Positions 47,997-59,017 of a stretch of 64,000 nt of DNA are shown here, piece by piece. Below the pieces are notes generated by a model. It had not been told where the DNA came from and did no database searches. It saw only the letters and a list, made by a program, of their open reading frames with translations. Source of the stretch: Nitrospiraceae bacterium (lineage in GTDB: Bacteria; Nitrospirota; Nitrospiria; Nitrospirales; Nitrospiraceae); assembly GCA_037442105.1 (NCBI GenBank), contig JBBIQV010000013.1, positions 1-64,000 of the forward strand, read 5' to 3'. How positions within the stretch are numbered: position 1 is the first letter of the stretch; each line of letters opens with the position of its first letter. Both the position numbers and the translations under genes were made by a program.

Positions 47997-49244
47997 TTAC
48001 GCGGGTTGCTCGAGTTTCGTGATCCCCATCGCCTTGAGAATGGCTTTCTCAAAGTACGGCTCGCTCACGCCCCGCTTCATTTTCTGTAGGAAATATCGTT
48101 CCAGCGCGATCTTGGCAAGGTGGACCCACTTGCCCTTCTTGGCCCAGGTCACGTTACGCGGCGCCATTTGCGGCAGAGCCACAAACGCCACGCCCGTGTC
48201 CCCCATGTCGGCAAGGCAAATTGCGTTCCAGGTGGCGGTCTCACGTTTGGGATCGTTCTCGATGTCGGCTATGATGTTGTGGACGGCGGCCGACACCATG
48301 GACTCGATCATGTACCCGGTTTTCGGCGCACCGGTGGGGATCGGCGTCTGCTCAACCGGCGGAATTGCCACGCATACGCCGACCGAATAGATGTTCCCGT
48401 ACCTTGGGTTAGCCTGATAGGCATCGATATGTACAAAGCCCTTCGGATTGCACAATCCAGGTGTACCGGCCACCGCGTCCACACCGGCGAACGGCGGGAT
48501 AAACATGGAGTAACGGAAAGGAATCTCCTGTCCGTCTTCCAGAAGAACCTTCCCTGGCTGTACTTCTTTGATGGCAACGTTCGAGATCGGTTTGATGGAG
48601 TGTTCGGCAAATTCATCCTCCATCAAGCGGCGAGATTTGCCGACTCCGGCAAGCCCCATGAGGCCGATGTACGGCTCTGGAGTGACGAAGTATATCGGAA
48701 CCTTCTTCCGCAGTTTCTTCTTGCGGAGGTCGGCATCAAGGATGAACGCCATCTCATAAGCCGGTCCAAAGCAGGAGGCCCCTTGAGCCGCGCCGACAAC
48801 GATGGGCCCCGGGTCCTTCAGGAACGCCTGATAGGCACCCCAGGCTTGTTCCGCATGGTCCACGGTGCAGATAGATTGGGTATAGCCGCTCGGTCCCAGT
48901 CCTGGCACTGCCGAGAAATTCAGTTTCGGCCCGGTGGCGATGATGAGGTAATCGTAGGGTACCTCGCCCTTGGATGTGACGACGCGATTCTGTTCCGCTT
49001 CGATCCGTTCAGCGGCGGCATGAATGAACTCGACCCTTTTTTTCTCCAACACGGGGCCAAGCGGGAAGCTGATATCTTTTCGCGTTCGCCAACCCACGGC
49101 CACCCAGGGGTTCGACGGCACGAAGTGGAAGTAGTCGACATTCGAAATCACGGTGACCTTGTGTTTTTTGTCCAGCAACAGGCGGGATTCATAGGCTGCC
49201 GGCAACCCTCCGATCGACGCACCAATGATGACTACTCGTGCCAC
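47997..49244 (-). CDS. sqr: Sulfide:quinone oxidoreductase (type I-like)
   Basis: FVPSNPWVAVG, SICTVDHA, GASCFGPAYE, PKTGYMIESM and NAICLADMG motifs. Confidence 0.93.
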   Translation of the reverse strand: MARVVIIGASIGGLPAAYESRLLLDKKHKVTVISNVDYFHFVPSNPWVAVGWRTRKDISFPLGPVLEKKRVEFIHAAAERIEAEQNRVVTSKGEVPYDYLIIATGPKLNFSAVPGLGPSGYTQSICTVDHAEQAWGAYQAFLKDPGPIVVGAAQGASCFGPAYEMAFILDADLRKKKLRKKVPIYFVTPEPYIGLMGLAGVGKSRRLMEDEFAEHSIKPISNVAIKEVQPGKVLLEDGQEIPFRYSMFIPPFAGVDAVAGTPGLCNPKGFVHIDAYQANPRYGNIYSVGVCVAIPPVEQTPIPTGAPKTGYMIESMVSAAVHNIIADIENDPKRETATWNAICLADMGDTGVAFVALPQMAPRNVTWAKKGKWVHLAKIALERYFLQKMKRGVSEPYFEKAILKAMGITKLEQPA

Positions 49245-49350
49245 GAGTTGCTCCTTCGTTAATCCTCGTCAACCGTCAATCGTCATCCGGGATTTGGGAG
49301 TAATGCGTCTGTCCCCCGATTGGCGGATGATCAATAACGAATGACGATAT

Positions 49351-49560
49351 TCACTGCGGTTTTGTCGGACAGGTGTTGATCCCGATCAACTGCCACGCCG
49401 GACAGTAGCCGATTGTTCCCGTCACAAGCGCGACAGCCCCAACCACGAACGCAATCCCCATCCCCCATGCAGGCAAGCTCCCAAACGCCCCGATCGCCAA
49501 CAGCGCGAGGCCGATGATGATCCGGATTGGCCGTTCTACTCCTCCCACGTTACAGGTCAT
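49351..49560 (-). CDS. DUF2892/YgaP-like small membrane protein
   Basis: CNVGGVER.IR ... TG..GYCP...L.GINTC. Confidence 0.9.
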   Translation of the reverse strand: MTCNVGGVERPIRIIIGLALLAIGAFGSLPAWGMGIAFVVGAVALVTGTIGYCPAWQLIGINTCPTKPQ

Positions 49561-49798
49561 GGCACCCCTCCTTGTTATCTGTTATCCATCTCCCGCACTT
49601 CTTGACGGTAAGCGAGAAGCGGTCGCTTCCCTTAATTCTGTTCCGTATGAGTCACCGACTCCAAAATGGATTCGCCCTCCGAAAGGAAAAATCGTCGCCT
49701 CCCGTTCGGTCGGAAAACAGTACAGGACATGGCAAGTCGTGCATCGGGTCGTAATGAATGATAGAGAGCCGATGCGACCGCATATCAAACAAAGAACT

Positions 49799-49814
49799 TG
49801 CGACTGGCATGCCA
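49799..49814 (-). promoter_or_regulatory. Sigma54 -24/-12 promoter (DUF2892-sqr operon)
   Basis: TGGCATGCCAGTCGCA = GG-N10-GC. Confidence 0.65.
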
Positions 49815-49895
49815 CTGCCGGTCGCGTCTGAATCACAAAACCACATGCACTGACGAGGGGTTAGAGAAGTAGGGAGAGCGCCTGCGCGAGTTCGG

Positions 49896-49946
49896 TGGAG
49901 ACAAATGCGCCAGCAACATCACAACCCCCTGGCGCAAGATGCTACA
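49896..49946. promoter_or_regulatory. Paired 17-bp enhancer-like palindromes
   Basis: TGGAGACAAATGCGCCA (49896-49912) and TGGCGCAAGATGCTACA (49930-49946). Confidence 0.65.
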
Positions 49947-50003
49947 GATGGCGCAGCGCTGTTCACGCTGGAGGGTCGGCCAAGTGTCCGTCCTCGCTGG
50001 GAC

Positions 50004-51239
50004 TTATTCGTAGCGTAGCGCCTCGATGGGATTCAAGCTAGCCGCCTTATTCGCAGGGTACAGGCCGAAGAACAGTCCGACAACGAGGGAGAAGAAAAAC
50101 GCGGTTGCAACTGCGTCGAATGATATGATCGTCGGCCACCCCGCAACCACGGTGGTGAGCCTCGCTCCCAGAATCCCGAATAGGATTCCCACCATCCCGC
50201 CGGCGAGGCTCAGGGTCATCGCCTCGATGAGGAACTGCATGAGAATGTGCCGGCGCTTGGCGCCGACCGCCATCCGGACCCCGATTTCGCGCGTCCGCTC
50301 CGTGACCGAGACCAGCAGGATATTCATGATCCCGATCCCGCCGACCAACAGCGAGACCGATGCGATCGCAAAGAGCATGACCGTCAGGGTTTGGCTCGTC
50401 CCCTCCTGGACCTTGCCGATGTCGACTTGGGTCCGGATGGTGAAATCGTCCGGCTGGTCCGGTTGCAGGCGATGCCGCAGTCGCAACACCTCACGTGTCT
50501 GTTCCACTGCGTCGGCCAGATCCTCAGACCGCTCGGTCATCGCGAAGAGGGCGCCGACCGAGCCGAGGAATTGTGTCCCCAGCACTTTCCGTTCTGCCGT
50601 CGTAAAGGGGATAAAGATAATGTCGTCCTGGTCCGAACCTTGGGCCGACTGCCCCTTCGGGGCGAGGACCCCGATGACGCGGAAGGGGACGTTCTTGATG
50701 CGGATTATTGCGCCGACCGGCTCTTCTCCTGGATCGAATAAATTCTCCATCACCGTCTGTCCGACCAGCGCGACTCTGGCTGCCACCTCCATATCCGCTT
50801 GCGTAATCGGCCCGCCACTGACAAAGGACCAATCCCGGATCGTGAGGTAGCTCGGCGAAATGCCGTTCACCGGACCGTTCCAATTGCGATTCCCGTTGAC
50901 GATCTGCATCACGTCCCGCTTGGCCCAGCCGGTTTCCTTGAGCAGCGGCACGCGCTTCTTGAGATCGAGCGCATCGGCGGACGTCAGCGTCACCACGCCA
51001 CCCTGTCCGCCGCGCACGCCGCCCACCGTCGTCGCACCGGGCAAAATGATGATGACGTTCGTCCCCATGCTCGCGACCTGCGCACGAACCGCCGCCCTGG
51101 CGCCTTGCCCGATGCTGACCATGGCGATCACCGCGCCAACCCCAATGACAATCCCCAACATAGTGAGGCCCGCGCGCAAGCGGTTCCGGCCCAGGATACG
51201 AAGCGCCGTCATGACGGTCAGATAGACAAAGCCCGACAT
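50004..51239 (-). CDS. MacB-type ABC transporter permease
   Basis: LTMLGIVIGV, SLLVGGIGIMNI, ERTREIGVRMAVGA and PIEALRYE motifs. Confidence 0.95.
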   Translation of the reverse strand: MSGFVYLTVMTALRILGRNRLRAGLTMLGIVIGVGAVIAMVSIGQGARAAVRAQVASMGTNVIIILPGATTVGGVRGGQGGVVTLTSADALDLKKRVPLLKETGWAKRDVMQIVNGNRNWNGPVNGISPSYLTIRDWSFVSGGPITQADMEVAARVALVGQTVMENLFDPGEEPVGAIIRIKNVPFRVIGVLAPKGQSAQGSDQDDIIFIPFTTAERKVLGTQFLGSVGALFAMTERSEDLADAVEQTREVLRLRHRLQPDQPDDFTIRTQVDIGKVQEGTSQTLTVMLFAIASVSLLVGGIGIMNILLVSVTERTREIGVRMAVGAKRRHILMQFLIEAMTLSLAGGMVGILFGILGARLTTVVAGWPTIISFDAVATAFFFSLVVGLFFGLYPANKAASLNPIEALRYE

Positions 51240-51958
51240 CAGTGAGGACTCCTTGCAGCGGACACCACCGGCGTGGTGCGTCGATCGCTCACGATTACTC
51301 CATCCCTGATGACAATCTCGCGCGAGGCACAGGCGGCAACCTCCGCCTCGTGCGTCACCAAGATGATCGTGATGCCGTCTTCACGGTTCAGCCGATCCAA
51401 GATGCTCATGATCTCGCGGCTGGATTCCGTGTCGAGATTCCCCGTCGGTTCGTCGGCAAGAAGAAGAGACGGCGAGGTAACCAGCGCCCGTGCGATCGCA
51501 ACACGCTGCTGCTGCCCCCCCGACAATTGGGTTGGATAATGATGCTCGCGCCCGCCGAGGCCCACTCGCTGTAACGCCGCCTGCGCCTGCGCACGCTGAT
51601 CGCGAAGGGACATGCCGCGATAAAAGAGCGGGAGCTGCGCATTCTCTAATGCGCTGGTCCGAGGGATCAAGTTGAAACTTTGGAACACGAACCCGATCTG
51701 CTGATTCCTGATCTCGGCCAAGAGATCGGAGCTCGCAGTTCCCACTTCGACTCCGTCCAACACATATCGGCCTTGGCTCGGCTGATCCAAACAGCCCAGG
51801 ATATTCATTAACGTCGACTTGCCGGACCCCGACGCCCCCATCACCGCCACAAACTCGCCGTGATCGATGGTGAGATTCACCCCGCGAAGCGCCTGGACCT
51901 GCACGTCCCCAACCCGGTAAACTTTCCAGACATTCTCGCAGACGATCAGCGCACCCAT
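51239..51958 (-). CDS. ABC transporter ATP-binding protein (MacB/LolD type)
   Basis: GASGSGKST, LSGGQQQRV, LADEPTGNLD. Confidence 0.96.
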   Translation of the reverse strand: MGALIVCENVWKVYRVGDVQVQALRGVNLTIDHGEFVAVMGASGSGKSTLMNILGCLDQPSQGRYVLDGVEVGTASSDLLAEIRNQQIGFVFQSFNLIPRTSALENAQLPLFYRGMSLRDQRAQAQAALQRVGLGGREHHYPTQLSGGQQQRVAIARALVTSPSLLLADEPTGNLDTESSREIMSILDRLNREDGITIILVTHEAEVAACASREIVIRDGVIVSDRRTTPVVSAARSPH

Positions 51959-51980
51959 ATTATCTTCATCCTAAAACAGC

Positions 51981-52071
51981 GGGGAGGTGGGCCTTGCTTC
52001 ATCTGCGCGCGTCCACCGAGCACTTTCCGAAGTGCGGGGTGCGCGAGCACAGAAGCAAGGCCCACCTCCCC
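51981..52071. repeat. 91-bp palindromic element with perfect 20-bp arms
   Basis: GGGGAGGTGGGCCTTGCTTC (51981-52000) and GAAGCAAGGCCCACCTCCCC (52052-52071); inner GCACTT/AAGTGC stem. Confidence 0.85.
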
Positions 52072-52077
52072 AACCTC

Positions 52078-53361
52078 TCACATTCCTCGGTCGCGCGACG
52101 AACTACGTCGCTGCCCGCTCCCGAATCCCGGAGGCAGGTCGTGCGCTTTGCGATCGCCGCGCGGCGTTTCGAACCCCACGACGACCTGATCCCCTTCCTT
52201 AAGATCGCCGCCGACCACCTCGGTGGCCGTCCCATCTGAAATCCCCGTCTGGACGACGACGGGTTCGATCTCTCCAGAGCTTCCTTTCTTCCAAACCGTT
52301 CTGGCAATGCCTCCCTGCTCTCCGGCAGCAGGCGCTAGTACACCGGACGCGCCCCCCTCCGATTTAACCGGTCGAGCCGACACGGTGGAACCTTCGCTCT
52401 GTTCGGACTTCGGCGGAGTGAAGCGGATGGCGGCATTGGGCACTCTGAGCACGTCATCTTTTTTAGCCACCACGATCGACACGTTGGCCGTCATCCCCGG
52501 CCGGAGCCGGAGGTCCTTGTTATCGACGCCGACCACCACGTTGTAGGTCACGACATTCTGGATGTTGATCGGAGCCAGCCGCACTTGGCGAATGACGCCC
52601 TGAAAGCGATGGCCCGGATAGGCGTCCACCATGAAGGTGGCCTGCTTGCCTTCAGCAACCCCGCCGATATCGGACTCGCTCACATTCGTATCCACCTGCA
52701 TCTGAGTCAGATCCAGCGCGATGAGAAAGAGGTTCGGCGTGGCAAAGCTGGCCGCCACGGTTTGGCCCACTTCGATGTTCCGAGCCACCACGATTCCATC
52801 TACCGGCGACCGAATCACCGTGTACTTCAGATCGAGTTCAGCCGCGTTCAACGCCGCCTCGGCCTGTTTTACCTGGGCTTCGACAACTTTCAGTTGGGCT
52901 TCCGCTCCCTGATAGTTGGTGAGCGCCAAGTCGACATCGTTCTGGGAAACGAATTGCTGGGCCACAAGCGACTTGACACGATCGAGCTCGCGTTTCCGCT
53001 GGGCGATGTCGGCCTTGGCGCGGCCCACGTTGGCTCTGGCCATCTCGAGGTTGCTGGCCGCCTGATCCCGCCGAGCCTTGAACGGCTCCGGATCAATCAC
53101 CGCTACCACATCACCGGCTTTCACCGTCGAGTTGAAATCCGCATGCAGGCTCTTGATCATGCCGGACACCTGCGTCCCGACTTGGACCGACACGACAGGA
53201 TTGATGGTGCCGGTCGCGGTCACGAGCGAAACCACCGACCCGCGTTCGACCGGCGCAGTCCGGTAGCGAACCGGCGCCTTCCGCTCGCCATTGAAGAAGA
53301 CATAGCCGCCGATAGCAAGCCCGACTCCCACGATGCTGACAATCAACCCTAGACGACGCAT
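52078..53361 (-). CDS. MacA-type periplasmic adaptor (membrane fusion protein)
   Basis: ATGTINP...VGTQVSG, IRSPVDG, GQTVAASF and LRPGMTANV motifs. Confidence 0.95.
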   Translation of the reverse strand: MRRLGLIVSIVGVGLAIGGYVFFNGERKAPVRYRTAPVERGSVVSLVTATGTINPVVSVQVGTQVSGMIKSLHADFNSTVKAGDVVAVIDPEPFKARRDQAASNLEMARANVGRAKADIAQRKRELDRVKSLVAQQFVSQNDVDLALTNYQGAEAQLKVVEAQVKQAEAALNAAELDLKYTVIRSPVDGIVVARNIEVGQTVAASFATPNLFLIALDLTQMQVDTNVSESDIGGVAEGKQATFMVDAYPGHRFQGVIRQVRLAPINIQNVVTYNVVVGVDNKDLRLRPGMTANVSIVVAKKDDVLRVPNAAIRFTPPKSEQSEGSTVSARPVKSEGGASGVLAPAAGEQGGIARTVWKKGSSGEIEPVVVQTGISDGTATEVVGGDLKEGDQVVVGFETPRGDRKAHDLPPGFGSGQRRSSSRDRGM

Positions 53362-53465
53362 TGCACGCGATGCTCACTCCTTCGTAGCATTCTATCAGGA
53401 AGCTTTTGGGGGAATCACCTTGTCTCCCGAGGCGAATGATACGCCCGTTCGTCGAGCACAGAAAT

Positions 53466-53500
53466 AAAAAGGCCGTTCACCGATCCGGTGAACGGCCTTT
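53466..53500. terminator. Rho-independent terminator (bidirectional-type)
   Basis: AAAAA-GGCCGTTCACCG-ATC-CGGTGAACGGCC-TTT. Confidence 0.85.
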
Positions 53501-53553
53501 CTTGCTTTTAGCCTGGCAACGCGTCACCGGCCAGCGGACCGGCACAGGCCCTG

Positions 53554-54285
53554 CTATGGCGTGACGGAAATCCGGTCCTTGATCATGTCAAACGTTTCTT
53601 TCGGCATTACATTCTTGGCCACCAACTCGCCCTTGATCCGATAGGGGCGGTTGGACACAATCCGCTCCGCCACATCCTTGGTCAGGCCAAGGAACAACAC
53701 CATGTCGCTGGCCGACGCCTTGTTCACATTCATGGGCGCCAGCGCCGGCTGCGGAGGAGTCGGCATCGTGACAGGCGCCGGTTGCGAAGGCGTGCTTGGC
53801 ACCGGTTCGAGCGAACCGGGCGCCGGCGACGTCGAAGACAAGGAGGGCGGAGACAACGTGGCCGACCGTGGCCTTTCTTTTAACTCTTTTTGATAGCGGG
53901 CCACGAGCGATTTCAATGTCTCATTGTGCCGCTTCACATCCTCGTATTCCTGCCGCACGCTCCGGCTCTGCGAGGTTAATTGCTTGACCTTGTCCTCGAG
54001 CTCCTTCGTGCGGGCCTCGATGGTTGCCCGTTCCTTGTCGCGGCCATGCTCGATCCGCTGTAGTTCATCTCGGGCCGCTTGTGCCTCGCCGCCGAACTTC
54101 ACATTGAGTTCCTTCAATGTCTTGACCTGCTGTTCCAGCGCATTCTTCTGGGCTCTGGTCCGTTCCAACTCCTCTTTGGCGGCCTGCGATTCGGCAACCA
54201 CCGCCTTGTAAGTGCTTTCTTTGATGCACCCGCCTAGCGTCAACACGCCGGCCACAGCAACCCCCACGACCAGATATTGCTTCAT
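53554..54285 (-). CDS. Lipoprotein with coiled coil, Pro/Ser linker and C-terminal helix-hairpin-helix-like domain
   Basis: LGGC lipobox; MNVNKAS...GL....AERIV.NRPY resembles ComEA-type HhH. Confidence 0.78.
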   Translation of the reverse strand: MKQYLVVGVAVAGVLTLGGCIKESTYKAVVAESQAAKEELERTRAQKNALEQQVKTLKELNVKFGGEAQAARDELQRIEHGRDKERATIEARTKELEDKVKQLTSQSRSVRQEYEDVKRHNETLKSLVARYQKELKERPRSATLSPPSLSSTSPAPGSLEPVPSTPSQPAPVTMPTPPQPALAPMNVNKASASDMVLFLGLTKDVAERIVSNRPYRIKGELVAKNVMPKETFDMIKDRISVTP

Positions 54286-54592
54286 GACGAGCCTCCCCTT
54301 TCCTCCTGAAGTAACCAAGTCACTCGGAATCCGGGATTGAGCCTCACAGCTCTCGCCTCATCCTCTGAACACGACTCGCAGCCCCGGAACTTCGCAAGCC
54401 CTTGCTATCGTTGTGTGTATGCCAAGCGCCAAACTTTGTCAACAGATTTGCGCCGCCGTTTCTCACGCGGATTATCTCGCCCGACCGCACTGCGACAACC
54501 GTTCGTTTGCTTGACGGAAGAAGGAGAGTTTGTGATGATGCGCACCGGCGTACTTGGCAACTTCCTCCGACGCCGAGGCGGTAACCGACGAC

Positions 54593-55480
54593 ATGAGCAA
54601 CTGGGGGCCTGAGCTGGCTGTCATTCTGGGGATCGTGGAGGGAATCACGGAATACCTTCCGATCTCTTCGACCGGTCACCTTATCCTCGTCGGACACCTG
54701 CTCGGATTCACCGGCGCCGTCGCGGCAAGCGTGGAGATTTCCATCCAGTTGGGAGCGATCCTGGCCGTGATTGCCTATGAACGGCAGAAACTCAGAGCGC
54801 TGCTCTCCGACGCCTTAGTCGAACAGGCGAATCTCCGTGCCATGCTGGTCAACGGCCGAAACCAGGGGCAGAACCAGGGATGGCTCGCATTGTTCCACCG
54901 TTCAGCGCAGCAGCATCGCAATCTGTGGTTTCTCCTGGGACTTGGTCTGGCGTTCCTTCCCGCCGCGCTTGTCGGCTTCCTGGCACATGGCTGGATCAAA
55001 GCCCATCTCTTTACCCCCCGCACGGTGGCCGTCTCACTGGTTGCGGGAGGCATCATCATTCTGGTTGTTGAAGCGTTGAAGGATCGGGCACAGATCCGGC
55101 AACTGGAGCATGTGGGCCTCTCGTCGGCCTTCTGGGTCGGCCTCGCCCAGTGCGCATCACTGATTCCTGGCATGTCACGATCGGGGTCGACGATCGTCGG
55201 AGGGCTGTTGGCCGGCCTCGATCGCAAGGTCGCAACCGAGTATTCCTTCTTCCTGGCGTTACCGACGATGATCGTCGCCACCGTGTATCAGATGCTCAAA
55301 GATCAGTCCACCCTTACCTCCCAGGACTACATCGCGCTGGGCGTGGGACTCGTCGTCTCGTTCGTCGTTGCTTGGGCAGTTATCGCAGTCTTTCTGACCT
55401 TCGTCCAGCGGCACACCTTGCGCGTGTTCGCCTACTATCGTATGGTGCTGGGGGTCGTCGTCTTCATGCTTGTTCACTGA
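54593..55480 (+). CDS. uppP: Undecaprenyl-diphosphate phosphatase
   Basis: GIVEGITEYLPISSTGHL, PGMSRSGST and FAYYR motifs. Confidence 0.96.
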   Translation: MSNWGPELAVILGIVEGITEYLPISSTGHLILVGHLLGFTGAVAASVEISIQLGAILAVIAYERQKLRALLSDALVEQANLRAMLVNGRNQGQNQGWLALFHRSAQQHRNLWFLLGLGLAFLPAALVGFLAHGWIKAHLFTPRTVAVSLVAGGIIILVVEALKDRAQIRQLEHVGLSSAFWVGLAQCASLIPGMSRSGSTIVGGLLAGLDRKVATEYSFFLALPTMIVATVYQMLKDQSTLTSQDYIALGVGLVVSFVVAWAVIAVFLTFVQRHTLRVFAYYRMVLGVVVFMLVH

Positions 55481-55619
55481 GGTTAGGTGGTAATACCGCG
55501 GGAGCTTCTCAAGCCGATACGGTCCACGTCTTTGATACGCGAGTGCAGGCAAGAACGGCCCGCCGCGCTTCGACATGATGACAACTCGATAATGACGAGC
55601 GACGAAATACCGGCCGGCG

Positions 55620-56135
55620 TTACGGCTGGCCGGCAACCGGCTCCACTTCTTCTTTTTTCTTTTCTAACGCGAAATGCAGGATGAGAAAAGCGACGCCCAC
55701 GCTGATGGCAGCGTCGGCAACGTTGAAGGCAGGCCAGTGGTAGACATCAATATAGACATCCAGAAAGTCGATTACCTCCCCGTACCGTAGCCGGTCGAGC
55801 AGATTCCCGATCGCCCCGCCCAGAATTCCCGCGATGCTCAGTTGGCCCATCCAGTCGTGCTGCGGAAGCCGGAAGAGAATCGTCCCCAGCAATCCCAGCG
55901 CGAAGAGGGAAGTTAGGCCGAAGAACAGGAACCGAAACCCGCTGCTGCTCGATGCCAGCAGCCCGAACGCTGCGCCAGGGTTTCGGATGTAGGTGATGCT
56001 GAACAGATTAGGAATGACCGGGATCGATTCATGCAGCCGCATCGACTGCATGATCCAAAGTTTGGTCACTTGATCGATGGTCACAACGGCTGAGCTGATC
56101 AGGCCCAACATCACGTATCGCGAAAGAGGACTCAT
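55620..56135 (-). CDS. lspA: Lipoprotein signal peptidase II
   Basis: [25 protein letters not shown] and FNVAD motifs; ATGA overlap with ileS. Confidence 0.96.
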   Translation of the reverse strand: MSPLSRYVMLGLISSAVVTIDQVTKLWIMQSMRLHESIPVIPNLFSITYIRNPGAAFGLLASSSSGFRFLFFGLTSLFALGLLGTILFRLPQHDWMGQLSIAGILGGAIGNLLDRLRYGEVIDFLDVYIDVYHWPAFNVADAAISVGVAFLILHFALEKKKEEVEPVAGQP

Positions 56136-58942
56136 CCGCGAACCGCCTCGACACAGCGGTCGCATAAGGTCGGATGTTCCGCAAACGTTCCCACCGCCGC
56201 GCGATAGTTCCAGCAGCGCTCGCATTTATTGCCATCCGCCCGGCCCACCACAATTGGAACGCTCACTTCCTGCGATGAACGTTCAAGTGCGACCTGGGAT
56301 ACTATGAACAGCGCGGGGAGGTCAGGTTCATAGCATTTGAGAAACGCGTGGGACGCGTCGTCACTAATGCGAAAGATCACCTTGGCTTCCAGAGATGATC
56401 CGATTACTTTGTCCCGCCGTTTTTCCTCCAGCAAGTTCTGAACGGCAGCTCTCCACTCCAGCAATTGGCTCCATCTCGCAGCTAATCGCTTGTCGGCCCA
56501 TTCCGGTTTTGACTCGGGAAATGACGCCAGATGTACGCTTGTTGCCTCCTCCGCCTTGTACACTACCTCCGTCCGCCAGATTTCCTCCGCCGTAAAGCTG
56601 AGGACCGGCGCCATCAGTTTGGTCAGAGCCGTGAGCACGTCGAAAAAGACGGTCTGCGATCCACGCCTCAAAGGTGAATCCGCACGGAATGTATAGAGCC
56701 GATCCTTAAGTATGTCACAATAGACTGAACTCATATCGACCGAGCAGAAGTTGTTCAGGGCATGGAAAATCGCGTGGAATTCAAACTCCTCGTAGGCCTG
56801 CCGTACCTTCGGAATCAGTTCCCCCAGCCTCAATAATGCCCAGCGGTCCAATTCCTGAAGCTTCTCGTAAGGCACACGGTGGAGGCTGGGATCGAAATCA
56901 TACAGATTGCTCAGCAGGAACCGGCAGGTGTTGCGGATTTTTCGATAGGCTTCGATCAGGTGATTGAGAATCTCCTGAGAGATCCGCAAGTCTTCCCGAT
57001 AATCCTGTGCAGCCACCCAGAGACGGAGAATCTCGGCCCCCGACTGTTTGATGACATCCTGCGGCGCCACGACATTGCCGGCGGACTTGGACATCTTCTT
57101 GCCGGCCCCATCCACCACAAAGCCATGCGTCAGCACGGCCTTGTACGGTGCACGACGGTCGGTGATGACTCCCGCCAGCAGGGCGCTGTGGAACCAGCCC
57201 CGATGCTGATCCGAACCTTCAAGATAGAGGTCGGCGGGCCACCATTTACGCGGCTTCAGCACCGCCGCATAGCTCACGCCTGATTCGAACCACACATCCA
57301 GGATATCCCGCTCCTTCTCGAACTCGCTCCCGCCGCATTGGGTGCAACTCGTGCCCTTCGGCAGCAATTCGGCTGCAGGCTTGGCGAACCAGAGATCAGC
57401 CCCATGCTGTTCAACCAGCGACGCCACATGCTCAATGACTCTCGGATGCATCAGGACGGTTCGGCAGGTCGTGCAGATGAATCCGGGAATGGGAGTCCCC
57501 CAGACTCGCTGGCGGGAGAGACACCAGTCGGGCCGGTTGGCGATCATGCCGGTGATCCGGTCGCGGCCATAGGCCGGAATCCAGCGGACCCGTTCGATTT
57601 CCGCCAACGCCTCCTGCCGCAGCTCGTTGGTCTCCATCGAGACGAACCACTGTTCCGTCGCGCGGAAGATCACGGGGCTCTTGCAGCGCCAACAATGGGG
57701 ATAGGAGTGGCTCAGCGAACTATGCCCGAGCAAACGGCCGTTCGCTTGCAACCGTTCGACGATTTTGGGATTGGCCTTGAAGACGTGCAGCCCTGAAAAG
57801 TCCGTGACCACCTCGGTGAATCGGCCTGCATTGTCGACCGGCGCCAGAATTTCCAGCCGCTCGCCAACCGACGCTTTCGCGTTATGGTCTAACACGAGGA
57901 TGTAGTCTTCCATGCCGTGGCCCGGCGCAATATGCACACAGCCGGTCCCCTGCTCCAAGGTCACGAAGTCGCCCAGGAGCACCGGCGACAACCCTGGAGA
58001 CAAGGGCCGCTGCGTTTCCAACCCCTCGAACCCCTCTCCGCCTTTCTTGACCCCCAGCAGGCGCACGCTTTCCAGCTTGCAGGCCTTCACCACGCTGTCC
58101 AGAAGCTTCTCGGCGATGATCAAGACTTCGTTGCCGAAATGGACGAAGGCATAGTCGATGTCCGGGTGGAGACAGACCGCCTGGTTTGCGGGGAGCGTCC
58201 AGGGTGTGGTCGTCCAGATCACCACGGAGACCGACGACAGGCCGGCTGGGAAAGAGACCCCCGGGAACCTTGAGGCAAGAACTTTTGGCGGGCTGACCAG
58301 CGGAAACTTCACATAGATCGACGGCGACGTGTGATCCTCGTACTCGACTTCCGCCTCAGCCAAAGCCGTTTGATCCTGCGTACACCAGAGTACCGGCTTG
58401 AGACCTTTATAGACTCCGCCTCGTTCAACGAACTTGCCGAACTCGCGCAGAATTGTCGACTCGTAGGCAAGATTCATGGTGAGGTAGGGCTGTTCCCAAT
58501 CGCCCAGCACGCCCAGACGCTTGAACTCGTCCCGCTGAATCTTGACATACTTCTCCGCGTAGTCGTGACAGAGCTTACGGATCGCGGAGGTATCCAGGTC
58601 CTTCTTCTTATCACCCAACTCCTTCATGACTTGATGCTCGATCGGCAACCCGTGGCAGTCCCACCCCGGGACGTACGGGACATGAAATCCGGCCATGGTC
58701 TTCGACTTGACGATGATGTCTTTGAGAATCTTGTTCAACGCATGGCCGATATGAATACGCCCGTTGGCATAGGGTGGTCCGTCGTGGAGGATGTAACGAG
58801 GGCGGCCCTGGCCTGCCTCCTGGATTTTCCGGTAGAGGCCTTCTTGCTCCCACCACGCGAGCAACTCCGGCTCCCGCTGCGGCAGATTGGCCTTCATTGG
58901 GAAATCGGTCTTGGGAAGATTGAGTGTGGCTTTGTAATCCAT
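56132..58942 (-). CDS. ileS: Isoleucine--tRNA ligase (type 1)
   Basis: [35 protein letters not shown]-terminal CERCW...CDRC. Confidence 0.98.
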   Translation of the reverse strand: MDYKATLNLPKTDFPMKANLPQREPELLAWWEQEGLYRKIQEAGQGRPRYILHDGPPYANGRIHIGHALNKILKDIIVKSKTMAGFHVPYVPGWDCHGLPIEHQVMKELGDKKKDLDTSAIRKLCHDYAEKYVKIQRDEFKRLGVLGDWEQPYLTMNLAYESTILREFGKFVERGGVYKGLKPVLWCTQDQTALAEAEVEYEDHTSPSIYVKFPLVSPPKVLASRFPGVSFPAGLSSVSVVIWTTTPWTLPANQAVCLHPDIDYAFVHFGNEVLIIAEKLLDSVVKACKLESVRLLGVKKGGEGFEGLETQRPLSPGLSPVLLGDFVTLEQGTGCVHIAPGHGMEDYILVLDHNAKASVGERLEILAPVDNAGRFTEVVTDFSGLHVFKANPKIVERLQANGRLLGHSSLSHSYPHCWRCKSPVIFRATEQWFVSMETNELRQEALAEIERVRWIPAYGRDRITGMIANRPDWCLSRQRVWGTPIPGFICTTCRTVLMHPRVIEHVASLVEQHGADLWFAKPAAELLPKGTSCTQCGGSEFEKERDILDVWFESGVSYAAVLKPRKWWPADLYLEGSDQHRGWFHSALLAGVITDRRAPYKAVLTHGFVVDGAGKKMSKSAGNVVAPQDVIKQSGAEILRLWVAAQDYREDLRISQEILNHLIEAYRKIRNTCRFLLSNLYDFDPSLHRVPYEKLQELDRWALLRLGELIPKVRQAYEEFEFHAIFHALNNFCSVDMSSVYCDILKDRLYTFRADSPLRRGSQTVFFDVLTALTKLMAPVLSFTAEEIWRTEVVYKAEEATSVHLASFPESKPEWADKRLAARWSQLLEWRAAVQNLLEEKRRDKVIGSSLEAKVIFRISDDASHAFLKCYEPDLPALFIVSQVALERSSQEVSVPIVVGRADGNKCERCWNYRAAVGTFAEHPTLCDRCVEAVRG

Positions 58943-58955
58943 AACATCAAGCGAG

Positions 58956-59009
58956 TAGCGAACAGCGAGCAGCCACTAGCTCGATGCTATTCGCTATTTG
59001 CTATTAGCT
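58956..59009. repeat. Heptamer-periodic inverted repeat
   Basis: TAGCGAACAGCGAGCAGC...GCTATTCGCTATTTGCTATTAGCT. Confidence 0.65.
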
Positions 59010-59017
59010 GGTCTCAG

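Noticed and set aside
49582..49836. Cys-rich 84-aa ORF upstream of DUF2892
   Set aside because: Overlaps the predicted sigma54 promoter and lacks a clear RBS; a shorter leader peptide cannot be excluded
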